Of a stretch of 64,000 nucleotides of DNA, positions 38,774-48,945 are shown in pieces. How positions within the stretch are numbered: the first letter of the stretch is position 1; each line of letters starts with the position of its first letter. The stretch is from the NCBI GenBank assembly GCA_024280885.1, contig JAJRPF010000070.1, positions 107,861 to 171,860 of the forward strand, written 5' to 3'. The notes below the pieces were generated by a model. The model ran no database searches and was not told the origin of the DNA. It saw only the letters and a program-made list of their open reading frames with translations. The position numbers and the translations under genes were made by a program. This stretch comes from Planctomycetota bacterium (GTDB lineage: Bacteria; Planctomycetota; JAJSAM01; JAJVHW01).

Positions 38774-38960
38774 GCAGGAAGGTGGTCCGGCGAGGGTCGA
38801 ATGCAGGTCGGCGAGGGTGGGGGATGGCTCGGTGGCCAGAGATCGCGGACAGCCGGCGACCCGGGAGCCGGGCGAGGATAGCGGCGCCGCGCGAGCCCGG
38901 CCCTCTTTGGCGGAGCCGCGATCACGAGGATCTGCACGGCGATCTGTGCGATGCGATGGC

Positions 38961-39473
38961 TCAGTCGCGGCGCTTCGCGAGCGCGGTGACCACCCGCGCG
39001 CCGGGGTGCAGCAGGAGCGCCTGCGGTGCGACGAGGATCTTCGACGTGCGCCCGCCGGTCCCCACGATCACGCGCTCCGGGGCCATGACGGCCTCGTCGA
39101 TCAGGAGTGGCAGCTCAGCCGGGAGTGCGAATGGCGTGACGCCTCCGATCTCCATGCCTGTCACCTGGCGCATGTCATCGGCCGAGGCGAACGAGACCTT
39201 TCCGGCCCCGAGTTCGTGCCTGACAGCGCGATTGACATCGAGACGTGTCGTCGCGAGCGCAAGGCATGCAGCGAAGACCCTGGGCTTCTTCTTCGACGCG
39301 ACGACGAGCGCGTTCGCCGAGATCTCGAGTGGGTAGCCGTAGTGGGCGCAGAAGGCCGCGGTATCCGCCAGGGCGGGGTCGCACGGTATGCGTTCGAAGG
39401 GGATGTCATGCGCGGCGAGGTGGGCCAGGACGCGGGCTTCGGTGGGATGGGCTTCGATGGGATCAGTACTCAC
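38961..39473 (-). CDS. ybaK: YbaK/ProX-type aminoacyl-tRNA deacylase
   Basis: Clean 170-aa region from a GTG at 39473 (...KKKPRVFAACLALATTRLDVNR...GMEIGGVTPF...). Upstream part of the track ORF is shadow. Confidence 0.65.
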   Translation of the reverse strand: MSTDPIEAHPTEARVLAHLAAHDIPFERIPCDPALADTAAFCAHYGYPLEISANALVVASKKKPRVFAACLALATTRLDVNRAVRHELGAGKVSFASADDMRQVTGMEIGGVTPFALPAELPLLIDEAVMAPERVIVGTGGRTSKILVAPQALLLHPGARVVTALAKRRD

Positions 39474-39678
39474 AGCGACGAGGATGCCCGAGGGCCCGCT
39501 GCACGCGAGAGACTTCGCGGCGATCGCAGGCGGCGAGGTCGTCCCCGTCGTGCTGCCGACGGTCGGGGCTCTCGACCGGTCACGCGCTGTCCCGCCGCGC
39601 CCCCGTCGGCTCGGCGGGTGCCTCTCGCGCAGAAGCCGGGTTCCCGGATACGCTCTGGCGAGTCCAAGGGAGCCGTGC

Positions 39679-41004
39679 ATGCGCAGATATTCGACCAAGA
39701 GGGCCCGGGGCCGGAGGCTCCGGCAACGGGTGTGCGGCGTCCTCGTGACTGTTGCCGCCGCGGCAGCGCCGGGGTTCGCAGCCGAGGCCGCGGATGCGGA
39801 GGTCATCGCGATCCGCGGCGCGACCGTGATGACGGCTGGCCCGGCGGGCACACTCGAGAACGCGACCGTCATCGTGCGTGCCGGGAAGATAGCGGCTGTC
39901 GGGCTCGACGTCGCCGTCCCGGATGGTGCGACGATCGTCGATGCCGCCGGGCGCTATCTCTTGCCGGGCATCATCGATACGCACTCGCACATGGGGGTGT
40001 ACCCGTGGCCCGGGAGCAAGAGCAACGCCGACGGCAACGAGATGACGTCGCCGATCACGCCCGAGGTACGCGCCGAGGACTCCGTGTATCTGCAGGACCC
40101 CGCCTTCGCACGGGCCCGAGCGGGAGGCGTCACCACTGTCATGATCCTGCCGGGCAGCGGCAATCTGATCGGCGGTGAGGGAGTCACGCTGAAGTTGCGC
40201 CCCGTCGAGACGCTTGCCGGTCTCAAGTTCGCGGGCGCACCGCGCAACATGAAAATGGCGTCAGGCGAGAACCCGAAGCGTGTGTACGGCGGGCGCAATC
40301 AGGCGCCGAGCACGCGCATGGGATCGGCCGCGTTCTTGCGTCGCGTGTTCACCGAAGCGCGTGAGTACGGCGCCAAGTGGACGCGCCACCGCGAGAAGAC
40401 CGCGCGCGCGACGGAAGACGGCAAGGACCTGCCGGATCCACCCGACGTCGATCTTCGCAAGCAGGCGCTGCTCGACATGCTCGAGGGGCGCGTGCAGGTG
40501 CATCTGCACGGCTACACGGTCAGTGATTACACGTCGTACCTGCGCGTCTTCGACGAGTTCGGAATCCGCCCGCGCGCGTTTCATCACGCCCTCGAAGCGT
40601 ACAAGATGCGCGACGAGCTGGCGCGGCGCGGGATCGGCGTCTCGACGTGGGCCGACTGGTGGGGGTTCAAGGTCGAGGCGTACGACGGTATCCCTCACAA
40701 CGCTGGGCTGTGCGCCGCGGCCGGTGTACGCGTCGCGTTGCACTCGGACAGCGCCGAGGGAATTCAGCGGCTCTTCGTCGAGGCGGCGAAATGCGTGCGC
40801 TTTGGGATGACGGAGGAGGACGCGATCAAGGCATTGACCATCAACCCGGCTTGGCAGATCGGCGTGCATGAGCGCGTCGGCTCGATCGAGGTCGGCAAGG
40901 ACGCGGATCTCGCACTCTTCTCGAAGCATCCGTTCGACATCACGACACGCGTCGATGGCACGTGGATCGATGGCGTGCGCGTCTTCACACGGGAGGGGCG
41001 CTGA
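39679..41004 (+). CDS. Amidohydrolase-family metallohydrolase, secreted (paralog 1)
   Basis: Signal peptide. LLPGIIDTHSHMG metal-binding motif, HSD and DAD motifs. Confidence 0.8.
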   Translation: MRRYSTKRARGRRLRQRVCGVLVTVAAAAAPGFAAEAADAEVIAIRGATVMTAGPAGTLENATVIVRAGKIAAVGLDVAVPDGATIVDAAGRYLLPGIIDTHSHMGVYPWPGSKSNADGNEMTSPITPEVRAEDSVYLQDPAFARARAGGVTTVMILPGSGNLIGGEGVTLKLRPVETLAGLKFAGAPRNMKMASGENPKRVYGGRNQAPSTRMGSAAFLRRVFTEAREYGAKWTRHREKTARATEDGKDLPDPPDVDLRKQALLDMLEGRVQVHLHGYTVSDYTSYLRVFDEFGIRPRAFHHALEAYKMRDELARRGIGVSTWADWWGFKVEAYDGIPHNAGLCAAAGVRVALHSDSAEGIQRLFVEAAKCVRFGMTEEDAIKALTINPAWQIGVHERVGSIEVGKDADLALFSKHPFDITTRVDGTWIDGVRVFTREGR

Positions 41005-41005
41005 T

Positions 41006-42301
41006 ATGCGTGCGACGACACGGATCCTCGCAGCGTTGGCGATCGCTTGCTCGACAACGGTCGCAATCGCTCAGGAGGTGACCGTCATCTCCGGCGGTCG
41101 CGTTGTCCCCATCGTCGGGGAGCCGATCGATGATGGCGTTGTCGTGATCCGCGGGGCGAAGATCGCGTTCGTCGGCGCGGCGGGTTCGTTTGACCTCCCC
41201 GCTGGCGCGACCGTCGTGGACGCCGCGGGACGGATCGTCATGCCCGGCCTGATTGATGCATTCACGCACGTCGGAACGCGCGAAATCGGCGCCGTGAAAG
41301 TGACACGCGACGACGACGAGGCCACGTCGCCGATGACGCCCGCGGTTCATACGGCCGACGCCCTCAACGTGTCGTCTTCGCACTTTCGCGTGACGCGCAT
41401 GAACGGGACGACGACGGTGCTCGTCGCCCCGGCTCCCGGCAATCTGATCTCGGGTCGTTCGTGTGTCATCGCTCTTGATGGCGAGAGCGTCGATGCCATG
41501 CTGCGTCTGCCGCATGCAGCGTTGCACGCGTCGCTCGGCGATCCACCCAAGTTGCGCTACGGAGAGAAGAACCAGGCGCCGGCCACACGCATGGGCGAGA
41601 TGGCGATGTTGCGCGCGGCCGTGACGAAGGCGCGAGAGTACGTCGCGAAGTGGGCCCGGTTCGAGGAGCAGCAGCGTCGCTCGATGGAGGACGGCGAGGA
41701 GCAGCCCGATCCCCCGAGTCGGGATCTCGATCTCGAAGCGTGGCGGCCCATTCTATCGCGCGAGCGACCACTCATCGTGCGCGCGCAGCGACTCTCCGAC
41801 GTGCAGGCCGCGCTGCGCTTCGCTCGCGAATTCGACGTCCGGATCGCACTCTTCGGTGGGGCAGAGGCGTGGAAGGTCGCTGACGAGATCGCCGCGGCTG
41901 GAGTCCCGGTGTTACTCGGAACGGTGACCACACAACCGTCGTCGCACGAGACGCTCGCCGCGCGCATGGATGCGGCGCAGATCCTCGAAGCGGCGGGCGT
42001 GGAATTGGTCATCGTCTCGGCAGCCGCCCACAACGCGCGTCGCCTGCCTTCTCTCGCGGGCATTGCGATGAGTTATGGGTTGCCGGCAGACGCCGCGCTC
42101 GAAGCGCTCACGATCCGCCCGGCACGCGTGCTCGGCCTGGCGGATCGGATCGGATCGCTGACCGTCGGCAAGGATGCCGACGTCATCATTCTCGATGGTG
42201 ACGTCGTGCAACCGCGCACGCGGGTCACGCATATGTGGATCCGGGGCAAGCGCGTCGTGTTGACGTCGCGTCAGACCGAACTCGCCGAGAAGTACAAGTA
42301 G
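41006..42301 (+). CDS. Amidohydrolase-family metallohydrolase, secreted (paralog 2)
   Basis: Signal peptide. [12 protein letters not shown] motif. Start 1 nt after the paralog-1 stop. Confidence 0.8.
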   Translation: MRATTRILAALAIACSTTVAIAQEVTVISGGRVVPIVGEPIDDGVVVIRGAKIAFVGAAGSFDLPAGATVVDAAGRIVMPGLIDAFTHVGTREIGAVKVTRDDDEATSPMTPAVHTADALNVSSSHFRVTRMNGTTTVLVAPAPGNLISGRSCVIALDGESVDAMLRLPHAALHASLGDPPKLRYGEKNQAPATRMGEMAMLRAAVTKAREYVAKWARFEEQQRRSMEDGEEQPDPPSRDLDLEAWRPILSRERPLIVRAQRLSDVQAALRFAREFDVRIALFGGAEAWKVADEIAAAGVPVLLGTVTTQPSSHETLAARMDAAQILEAAGVELVIVSAAAHNARRLPSLAGIAMSYGLPADAALEALTIRPARVLGLADRIGSLTVGKDADVIILDGDVVQPRTRVTHMWIRGKRVVLTSRQTELAEKYK

Positions 42302-42330
42302 CGCGGCACGTCTGCGCCGACGGAGAGAGC

Positions 42331-42750
42331 ATGCCGCCGCCATTCCATCTCGCGTTTCCGGTGGACGATCTCAACGCTGCGCGCGCCTTCTACGGAGGGC
42401 TTCTCGGCTGCGCCGAAGGGCGCGCGTCGGAGGCGTGGATCGACTTCGACTTCGAGGGACATCAGATCGTCGCGCATCTCGTGCCGGGGCAGAGCGGCGA
42501 CGCCGGCAACAACCCGGTCGACGGGCACGGCGTCCCGGTCCCACATTTTGGTCTCGTGCTCGCGTGGGGTGCATGGGAGGCACTTGCGGAGCGGCTTCGC
42601 TCGGCCGGGCATGCGTTCGTGATCGAGCCCTACGTGCGCTTCGTGGGCGAGGTGGGGGAGCAGGGCACGTTCTTCGTTCGCGACCCCGCGGGGAACGCCC
42701 TCGAGTTCAAGGCGTTCCGCGATCCGGAGCAACTCTTCGCGCGGTGGTGA
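42331..42750 (+). CDS. VOC (glyoxalase/bleomycin-resistance/dioxygenase) family protein
   Basis: [27 protein letters not shown] ... GNALEFKAF. Confidence 0.7.
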   Translation: MPPPFHLAFPVDDLNAARAFYGGLLGCAEGRASEAWIDFDFEGHQIVAHLVPGQSGDAGNNPVDGHGVPVPHFGLVLAWGAWEALAERLRSAGHAFVIEPYVRFVGEVGEQGTFFVRDPAGNALEFKAFRDPEQLFARW

Positions 42751-42844
42751 CGGCTCTTCGACGCGCGCATGCGGTTGCGGAATCGAGACCGCCCGAGAGA
42801 TCGCTCTCTCGGGCAGTTTCGGAACGACAGGCGTCCGTTGCGAG

Positions 42845-43549
42845 TCAGTTGACCTGCTTCCACCTGTTGGAGTCTCGTCCCGGCGTGCCGACGGCCACTT
42901 GGCCCGTGATCGCGCCTGCATCGCCCGAGCCGGAGAACGCCGAGCCGCTCGTGGCCTCGTCGATTGCGCTCGATCCCGAGTACGCGCTCGAGTCGGTGGA
43001 GACGATGTCGCCACCCTGGTTGACGAAGAACGTGCGGTTCCCCGACGTCGCGTAGTTCGCCGGCCAGGCGTAGGCGCACCAGGTGGTCTCGGCGAGATCG
43101 TTGTCGACCGTGCCGTCCACGCTGTCGCCGGACTGCGTCTCTTCCTGTCCGAAGCCGTTGTTCCCCGGAAGGAACATCTTGTAGAGGTAACCGGAGCGGC
43201 TGACCTGCGCCGAGGGATTCAGTGTCCGGAACGCGCCCGAGAGTACGGGCGGGTTGAGTGTCGATCCACCGGTTGCGGAACCGTCCGCGGACGTGCGGAC
43301 AGCGACGCCGCCGGACAGCTCGCGGAACATGCCGAATTCACCTGCGCCGTCGAGGTCGGCATCCGCCTTGGCACCCGCCTGGAACTGCGCTTGCGACGAA
43401 CTGATGTTACGGAGCGTCGAGATGGCCGCCGTCTCGTTGGCGTTGAGACGGGCACTCAGCAGGTTCGGGATCGCGATCGCGGCAATGATGGCGATGATCG
43501 CGACAACGATCATCAGCTCGATCAGAGTGAAGCCGGTGTGCTTCTTCAT
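42845..43549 (-). CDS. Type IV pilin-like / prepilin-type N-terminal cleavage-methylation domain protein
   Basis: MKKHTGFTLIELMIVVAIIAIIAAIAIPNL. Confidence 0.75.
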   Translation of the reverse strand: MKKHTGFTLIELMIVVAIIAIIAAIAIPNLLSARLNANETAAISTLRNISSSQAQFQAGAKADADLDGAGEFGMFRELSGGVAVRTSADGSATGGSTLNPPVLSGAFRTLNPSAQVSRSGYLYKMFLPGNNGFGQEETQSGDSVDGTVDNDLAETTWCAYAWPANYATSGNRTFFVNQGGDIVSTDSSAYSGSSAIDEATSGSAFSGSGDAGAITGQVAVGTPGRDSNRWKQVN

Positions 43550-43759
43550 CGTGGAGTCTCCTCGTCAGTTCCGTAGTCGGAGGACGAACGCCTGCGTTGG
43601 TCGCGTTGCCTCACTCAGCAGGAGGATCGGGACCGACGTGCCGATGACTTGAGACGTCGTTCAGAATAATCAACACGCGTGTCATTCGAATGCAACGTGC
43701 GCGGGGCGCTGCGAGCGTGGTTCTCGACGGCGTCAGGCAGACGCCGCCGGATTTGCGAC

Positions 43760-44662
43760 TCACGGCGCGAGGAGCCCCGACAGGCCTCCTGCGAGGATCT
43801 CGGTGTAGGCCTGCTGTTGCGGCGAGCGCACGTTGCCGAGCCAGGTCGGTGTCGTATTCACGTCCAGCAGGATCGGGCGGCCCTCGTGCATCACGTAGTC
43901 GAATTTCCCGTAGTCGAAGCCGAGTCGGCGTCGCGCGTGGAGCAGCTCGTCGGGGATCGAGACTTCTTCTCGTTCGCCCGTATCGCGTCCCTTCGCGAGG
44001 GGGTGATCAGAGAAGCGTCGGTAGGCGATGCCCGCGGTCCCGAGGAAGAGGTAGTTGCGGATGCAGTAGCGCTCGCCGTCCCGCTCGGGAACGAAACGCT
44101 CAACGATGAGATGGGGGTTGTCGAACGCTGACCGTGGCACTGCACGCAACGAAGCAAAGATCGGGTAGGCGTGAGGCGAGAGAGAGTCGGTGTCCGAGAG
44201 CGGATGCCAGATGCGTTCGCGCAGAGCCCGCGGAAGCGCGTAGCGCAGGCGAGCCTTCCACAGCGCCGCACCGGTCGGTCGCGGCGGCTCTTCTCCTGCC
44301 CGCCTGGCCGCGAGCCGTTCCGGCAGTCCACCGTAGTTGCAGTCCGTCTTGACGATCACCGGTCCGTCCCAGTCGTCCCTCCGTCGCAAACGGATGCGAC
44401 TGAATGTGGATTTGCGGATGTCGACGACGTCGCGATTGACGACGTGCGGGTAGCGTTCAATGAACGCGCGATACGCTGCGGGTAGCACGGAGAGATCGAC
44501 CTGCGGCACGAGCATGTCGGCGTCCGGCGCGTTTGCTGTTCCCTGTAAGTAGACGATCTCAGTCCCCGTCCGTTCGCACTCGCGGGCCACCGACGAGAAG
44601 ATGTACTCTCCGTCTTTCGGGAGTTCCGCGTGTTCGTGCAACAGGATCGCGACGCGCTTCAT
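43760..44662 (-). CDS. Hypothetical protein, possibly ATP-grasp fold
   Basis: C-terminal ...YVMHEGRPILLDVNTTP... resembles the ATP-grasp C-lobe. Weak call. Confidence 0.4.
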   Translation of the reverse strand: MKRVAILLHEHAELPKDGEYIFSSVARECERTGTEIVYLQGTANAPDADMLVPQVDLSVLPAAYRAFIERYPHVVNRDVVDIRKSTFSRIRLRRRDDWDGPVIVKTDCNYGGLPERLAARRAGEEPPRPTGAALWKARLRYALPRALRERIWHPLSDTDSLSPHAYPIFASLRAVPRSAFDNPHLIVERFVPERDGERYCIRNYLFLGTAGIAYRRFSDHPLAKGRDTGEREEVSIPDELLHARRRLGFDYGKFDYVMHEGRPILLDVNTTPTWLGNVRSPQQQAYTEILAGGLSGLLAP

Positions 44663-44681
44663 CGCGGAGTTGTAGCACGTC

Positions 44682-45797
44682 GTGCGAGATGCATTCGTCG
44701 CGGCGGCGCGGCCGCAGAGGCTGGCTCAGAGCTCGCGATCAGATAGTCGCTCTGACGAGGAATTCACTCCGTTGCACTTCGGCGAGATGACCAGTGATGC
44801 ACTCGCCGCCTGGGCGTGTCGGCAGGGAGCGAGTGCGCCCGCAGCGCGTGCGCTCGCCCGCGCACTTGTCGGTCGGTGGGCCGGGAGCAGCGACACCGTC
44901 GAACCGGGCAAGCGTCTGATCGCGCAAGCGGAGGCGACGTTTCGGAGCGACCTCCCTCAGGCGGAGTGCGTGACCGATCCCGACGGCACACGACGCCTGA
45001 TGGTGACGTACGCCGACGCTGCCGTTGTCGAGACGGTCGTCATCCCGCACCCCGAGCGGACGACGATTTGCGTCTCGACGCAGGTCGGCTGTGCGCGCGC
45101 ATGCGTCTTCTGCGAGACCGGGCGTCTGGGACTCCAGCGTCATTTGCGGGCGGAGGAGATCACCGCGCAGTTCACCCTCGCGGCCCGGCACTTGGCTGCG
45201 AGCGGGATGCCAGCACCCACCAACGTCGTCTTCATGGGCATGGGCGAACCGCTCGACAATCTGGAACCCGTCCTCCGCGCCGCGGATGTTCTCGCCGACG
45301 ACAACGGCTTCGCCGTCGCAGCGCGCCGCATCTCAGTTTCGACGGTCGGCATCGTGCCCCAGATGCACGCCTTCTACGCGCACGGCCGCTACCGACTCGC
45401 CGTCAGCCTGCACGCCGCAAACGACGCAGAACGCGAAGCACTCCTGCCCGCCGCCCGGATCTGGAACCTCGAACAACTCCACGCCGCCATCGCCGCTTCG
45501 CCCCGCACGGTCCTCCTGCAGTGGACGCTGATCGAGGGGGTGAACGACAGCGACCGCCACATCGAAGAACTCCTCCGCTTCACAGCAGACCTGGACGTCC
45601 GCCTGAACCTCATCCCCCTGAACCCCGGCCCGGTCGACACGCTCCGCGCCCCGCCAATGCCCGCAATCCGTGCCTTCCAGAGAAAACTCCAGACTGCCGG
45701 CCTCCCAACGAACGTGCGCCTACCCCACGGCCAGAAGATCGGCGGAGCATGCGGACAGTTGGCAGGCGGAGCACGCCGAGGAGCGGAGCAAGCCTGA
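44682..45797 (+). CDS. rlmN: 23S rRNA/tRNA adenine-C2 methyltransferase RlmN (radical SAM)
   Basis: CARACVFC radical-SAM cluster, GMGEPL. Confidence 0.85.
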   Translation: MRDAFVAAARPQRLAQSSRSDSRSDEEFTPLHFGEMTSDALAAWACRQGASAPAARALARALVGRWAGSSDTVEPGKRLIAQAEATFRSDLPQAECVTDPDGTRRLMVTYADAAVVETVVIPHPERTTICVSTQVGCARACVFCETGRLGLQRHLRAEEITAQFTLAARHLAASGMPAPTNVVFMGMGEPLDNLEPVLRAADVLADDNGFAVAARRISVSTVGIVPQMHAFYAHGRYRLAVSLHAANDAEREALLPAARIWNLEQLHAAIAASPRTVLLQWTLIEGVNDSDRHIEELLRFTADLDVRLNLIPLNPGPVDTLRAPPMPAIRAFQRKLQTAGLPTNVRLPHGQKIGGACGQLAGGARRGAEQA

Positions 45798-46021
45798 GTG
45801 GAGGCGCTGCGGCGTGAGGGGCGCACCGAGCCCGGGTCAAGAGGTCACAATTCGAACCAGGCGCCGCAGGTGAGCCAAAGCAGGAAGAGAGTTGACACCA
45901 CAATCGCCATGGCGATGACTGCGGGCCCGAAGCCATGCATGGTCTGTCTACCCGTCACGGGATCGCGCATGGCCGAAGAGTAGTAGGACCACCGCGAGCG
46001 GCGGCGCCGCCATGACCGCAA

Positions 46022-46330
46022 CGCCAAGGGGAAAGATCTGGGGAAACGGTCAAACCCGAAGACGCCCGAGGTGACGTACGTGCCCCACGGTGCAGGTCGG
46101 ATGTGGTCTGCGACCATGTGGATTGGCGCGGAGTCGGTACCCAAGGCCGCGAAGCGACGTCGGTATCCGAGTCGGAGTGGGCGAAGCCCAGTCCCCCGTG
46201 CTCATGAACCTGACCGCTATCGTCACGGTATCTCCCAATCGGCGCGCTGGCCTGCGGCCGCGCTCCGGCCCGGCGTGGTGGGCGATGCTGGACTTGAACC
46301 AGTGACATCCCTGCGTGTCGGTCAGGTGCG
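46022..46330. repeat. Left copy of a ~300-bp duplicated segment, ending in a 3-prime-half tRNA-Val fragment (46276..46330)
   Basis: 46276..46330 matches the 3-prime 55 nt of tRNA-Val at 48598..48652 with ~5 mismatches. 46150..46245 is ~85% identical to 48475..48568. The distal block CCGTTTCCCCAGATCTTTCCCCTTGGCG matches 48373..48400. Confidence 0.7.
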
Positions 46331-46874
46331 CCATCGTGATTGCACGCGCCTCCTCATTCGAGGGTTGCGGCCCGTAGTCGGCGCGGTCGAATGCCGCCTG
46401 CGACGGCGTTCCGCGACCACTCACCAAGATCGCGCAGCAGGCAACGGCAAGAAGCGGACTACGCATGGAGTTCCTCTTCTGCGACCGAACCCGCCTCCCA
46501 TTCCCAAGCGAGTGTACGCGACCGGGAAGGCGCACACAGTGTGTCGGCTCACCCGGGCGCTCGGGGCGTGTGCGGTGGGCTTCGCGCAGCGCCACGCAGG
46601 CCCCGCGACCTCGTCCGGAACGGGAACGGCATACTGCGCGCCGCAATCAGATGCCGATGAGCCATGCGGCTATTCGCGAACGCTGACCGCCCTGGCGACC
46701 ACGGTCACGAGGAGAGCGCACCCGGCTCTGACCGGAGCGGCGAGGGTTGCATTGCGCGTTCGGGTGTCGTCCGGCTACGCGGGCACGTCTCCTCGACATG
46801 CACATCCGCCTGCGCGACGAGGATCTCGAGCGACGCGTCGAGTGGCCCCGTGACGCGCAACTGGCAGCCAGCAC

Positions 46875-47459
46875 TCACAGGCGCCATTCCCGAATCCACG
46901 CGAACAGCTCATTCCAGGATGGCTCCGGAAGAGACCACCTCAGGGATCCGACAGCGAGGCATGTGAGAAACGACTGCACAACGAGTGGCATGTCGGCTGG
47001 GAGATCCACGTGGTACTTGTGGCCGTCGAGGAGATGCTCGCGCCGGATGGCCCCGATTCGGGACTCGCCCTTGCTGAGCAGCCACTCGGATTGGAAGAGT
47101 GATTGGCTCTCCAGCAGGTACTCCGACTCCCCGTGAACAACCACGAAGCAACGGCTAGTAGCGCCGCCGGACATCTCCGCAGACGCGATCATCTCCTCCC
47201 CACGGCGCATTTCGATTCGTTGGCGCGAGCGCCGATTGAGTTCCACGACGTAGTGCGTACGATCAATCGTGATCTCGCAACGGGGATTGAAGAACGCGAA
47301 GAGCATCCGAGCGAGGACCAACTCGACCTGCCGAAGCTCATACGTCGGCGACCCGAATCCAGTGGCTACCGCTCTCAGCATCCGCGCGTTGCTCCAAGGA
47401 ACAGGGACCGTGGCAATCGCCGGTCTCTGGCGAAGACGGCTGGTGGATTGTACTCGCAC
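46875..47459 (-). CDS. Hypothetical protein (islet gene 1)
   Basis: 194-aa ORF in a visibly lower-GC stretch, no recognisable motif. A shorter start at 47381 is possible. Confidence 0.4.
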   Translation of the reverse strand: MRVQSTSRLRQRPAIATVPVPWSNARMLRAVATGFGSPTYELRQVELVLARMLFAFFNPRCEITIDRTHYVVELNRRSRQRIEMRRGEEMIASAEMSGGATSRCFVVVHGESEYLLESQSLFQSEWLLSKGESRIGAIRREHLLDGHKYHVDLPADMPLVVQSFLTCLAVGSLRWSLPEPSWNELFAWIREWRL

Positions 47460-47832
47460 CGCGGGGGCGTCCCCACGCCGTGCGGCAGATTCTGCTCGAT
47501 CTGTGTCCCGCTGCTGAGTTGGATCCGCGACACCTCGATCGCGAGCTCTTCACGAGCATTCTCGAAGCCCAGGTGGCGCTGGGCGACTTGCTGGTGGAGT
47601 GCAACACGGAGCGTCCCCGCGGGGCACTCCGGCAACTGACCCGGTCGGAGTTTGCCCCGCGCTTTGCTGCGGCAGGCTCCGCTTCGCTGCACCTGCCGCA
47701 GCAAGGCGAATCGAACGAGAAAGCTCTCACATGAGGTGGTACGGAGAACGGGGGCAGATCAACGTCGTTTGCGCCGCGCGCAGCGATCACGATAGAGTTC
47801 GTGCGGAACTGACCTCGGGGAGGGAGTGAACG

Positions 47833-48267
47833 GTGCCAAAGATACGCATGTTAGCGATGATAGTGATGGCGGCGCTGGTTGCCGGTGGCTGCTCGACGAT
47901 GCAAGACGCAGTGCGAGAACATGATGAGGGCGGTGGGACGTCTGCGACCTACGCCGTGAGCATGGATCAGGCGTGGAAGATCTCGAAGGCGGTCTTTCGG
48001 TGGGAAGGCTGCGACGCAATCGAGGAGCACCGTGACGACGGCTACATGCTCACGAGCAGCGGCCAGAACATGGTCTCGTGGGGTGCCGTTATGGGCGCTT
48101 GGCTGACGCCGGTGGGCAACGGAGCCACGGAGGTGACGGTCGTGACGAAGCGCCGACTCTCAATGAACGTTGCGACTACGCTGACCGAGGGCACGTTTCA
48201 CAAGCGGTTCCGAGAGGCCATCGAGATCGTCAAGTCGGGCGAGCCGCTCCCGGCTGCCTCCCCCTAG
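47833..48267 (+). CDS. Hypothetical lipoprotein (islet gene 2)
   Basis: MPKIRMLAMIVMAALVAGGCSTMQ: signal peptide plus lipobox. Confidence 0.6.
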   Translation: MPKIRMLAMIVMAALVAGGCSTMQDAVREHDEGGGTSATYAVSMDQAWKISKAVFRWEGCDAIEEHRDDGYMLTSSGQNMVSWGAVMGAWLTPVGNGATEVTVVTKRRLSMNVATTLTEGTFHKRFREAIEIVKSGEPLPAASP

Positions 48268-48372
48268 AACTGGCCCGCCTTCATCTGCTCGAAGACGTCG
48301 GGCGCGTCCCCATACTCGAACGACGGGCCGCATGCGCCTTCTGCGACGCGATCATCGGCGTGCCTGGATCGA

Positions 48373-48597
48373 CGCCAAGGGGAAGGATTCGGGGAAACGG
48401 TTGGGCCCGGATCGGCGCATGTGCCTTCCGGGCCTTGTCTCGCGTGGTGGGGCTCCCAGGACTTGAACCGAGCGAAGCGAGGTCTGCGACCGAGTCGAAC
48501 TGGGCGCAGCCCAGTTCCCCGTGGTCGTGAACCTGACCGCTATCGTCACGGCCTCTCCCAATCGGGGCGTTGATCCAAAGCCGCGCAGGTTCCCGCG
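48373..48597. repeat. Right copy of the duplicated segment, contiguous with intact tRNA-Val
   Basis: See the left copy. Contains stable hairpins (GAACTGGGC-TGC-GCCCAGTTC; CCGTG...CACGG). Confidence 0.7.
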
Positions 48598-48674
48598 TGG
48601 TGGGCGATACTGGACTTGAACCAGTGACCCCCTGCGTGTCGAGCAGGTGCTCTAGCCAACTGAGCTAATCGCCC
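48598..48674 (-). tRNA. tRNA-Val (anticodon GAC)
   Basis: Manual cloverleaf: GGGCGAT/ATCGCCC acceptor, GCTC-AGTTGGCTA-GAGC D arm, CCTGC-TCGACAC-GCAGG anticodon arm, ACTGG-TTCAAGT-CCAGT T arm, CCA encoded. Confidence 0.85.
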
Positions 48675-48945
48675 ACGCGGGAGCGGAAGTGTACGCACGG
48701 GGCACGGGGCTTCAAGTTCCGGAGCGCCGGGATGGCGAGGAATGCCGAGATCCGTGGACGGAACGGGGCGGTCGCGGACGTCGAGGGAGCGATTTCGAGG
48801 CGTGGACGTGCGCTTCGTCGCGGTGCGCGATCCATTCCGCTTTCCGGCGTAGCGCGTCCCGACGTAGAATCTGGGACTTCCCGGGCGCGACGCCCGACGA
48901 GTCCCCGAGGCGAGCTCGGGCGAGTGCGAACCAAGGAGACCGGCG

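Noticed and set aside
43550-43759. Sigma-54 promoter upstream of the pilin gene
   Set aside because: TTGCA is present but there is no correctly spaced TGGCAC.
45845-46144. 99-aa minus ORF with a hydrophobic C-terminus (GFGPAVIAMAIVVSTLFLLWLTC)
   Set aside because: It could be a small membrane peptide. There is no start or RBS support, the N-terminal part is shadow-like, and it overlaps the distal repeat block.
46050-46646. 198-aa minus ORF with an internal signal-peptide-like start at 46463
   Set aside because: The reading frame runs straight through the tRNA-Val fragment and the structured repeat block. The two repeat copies differ by mostly nonsynonymous changes in this frame, which argues against protein coding.
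47480-47734. 84-aa plus ORF between the two islet genes
   Set aside because: Short, no motif, and overlaps the possible start of the divergent 194-aa gene. Left unannotated pending homology evidence.
48438-48568. Second tRNA (tRNA-Sec-like) or tmRNA tRNA-like domain downstream of tRNA-Val (ends ...GGTTCAAGTCCTGGGAGCCCCACCA)
   Set aside because: I could not fold a cloverleaf by hand: the acceptor strands do not pair and the T-stem has an internal mismatch. The left copy lacks the T-loop-like and CCA segment entirely. Treated as part of the duplicated repeat, not an RNA gene.
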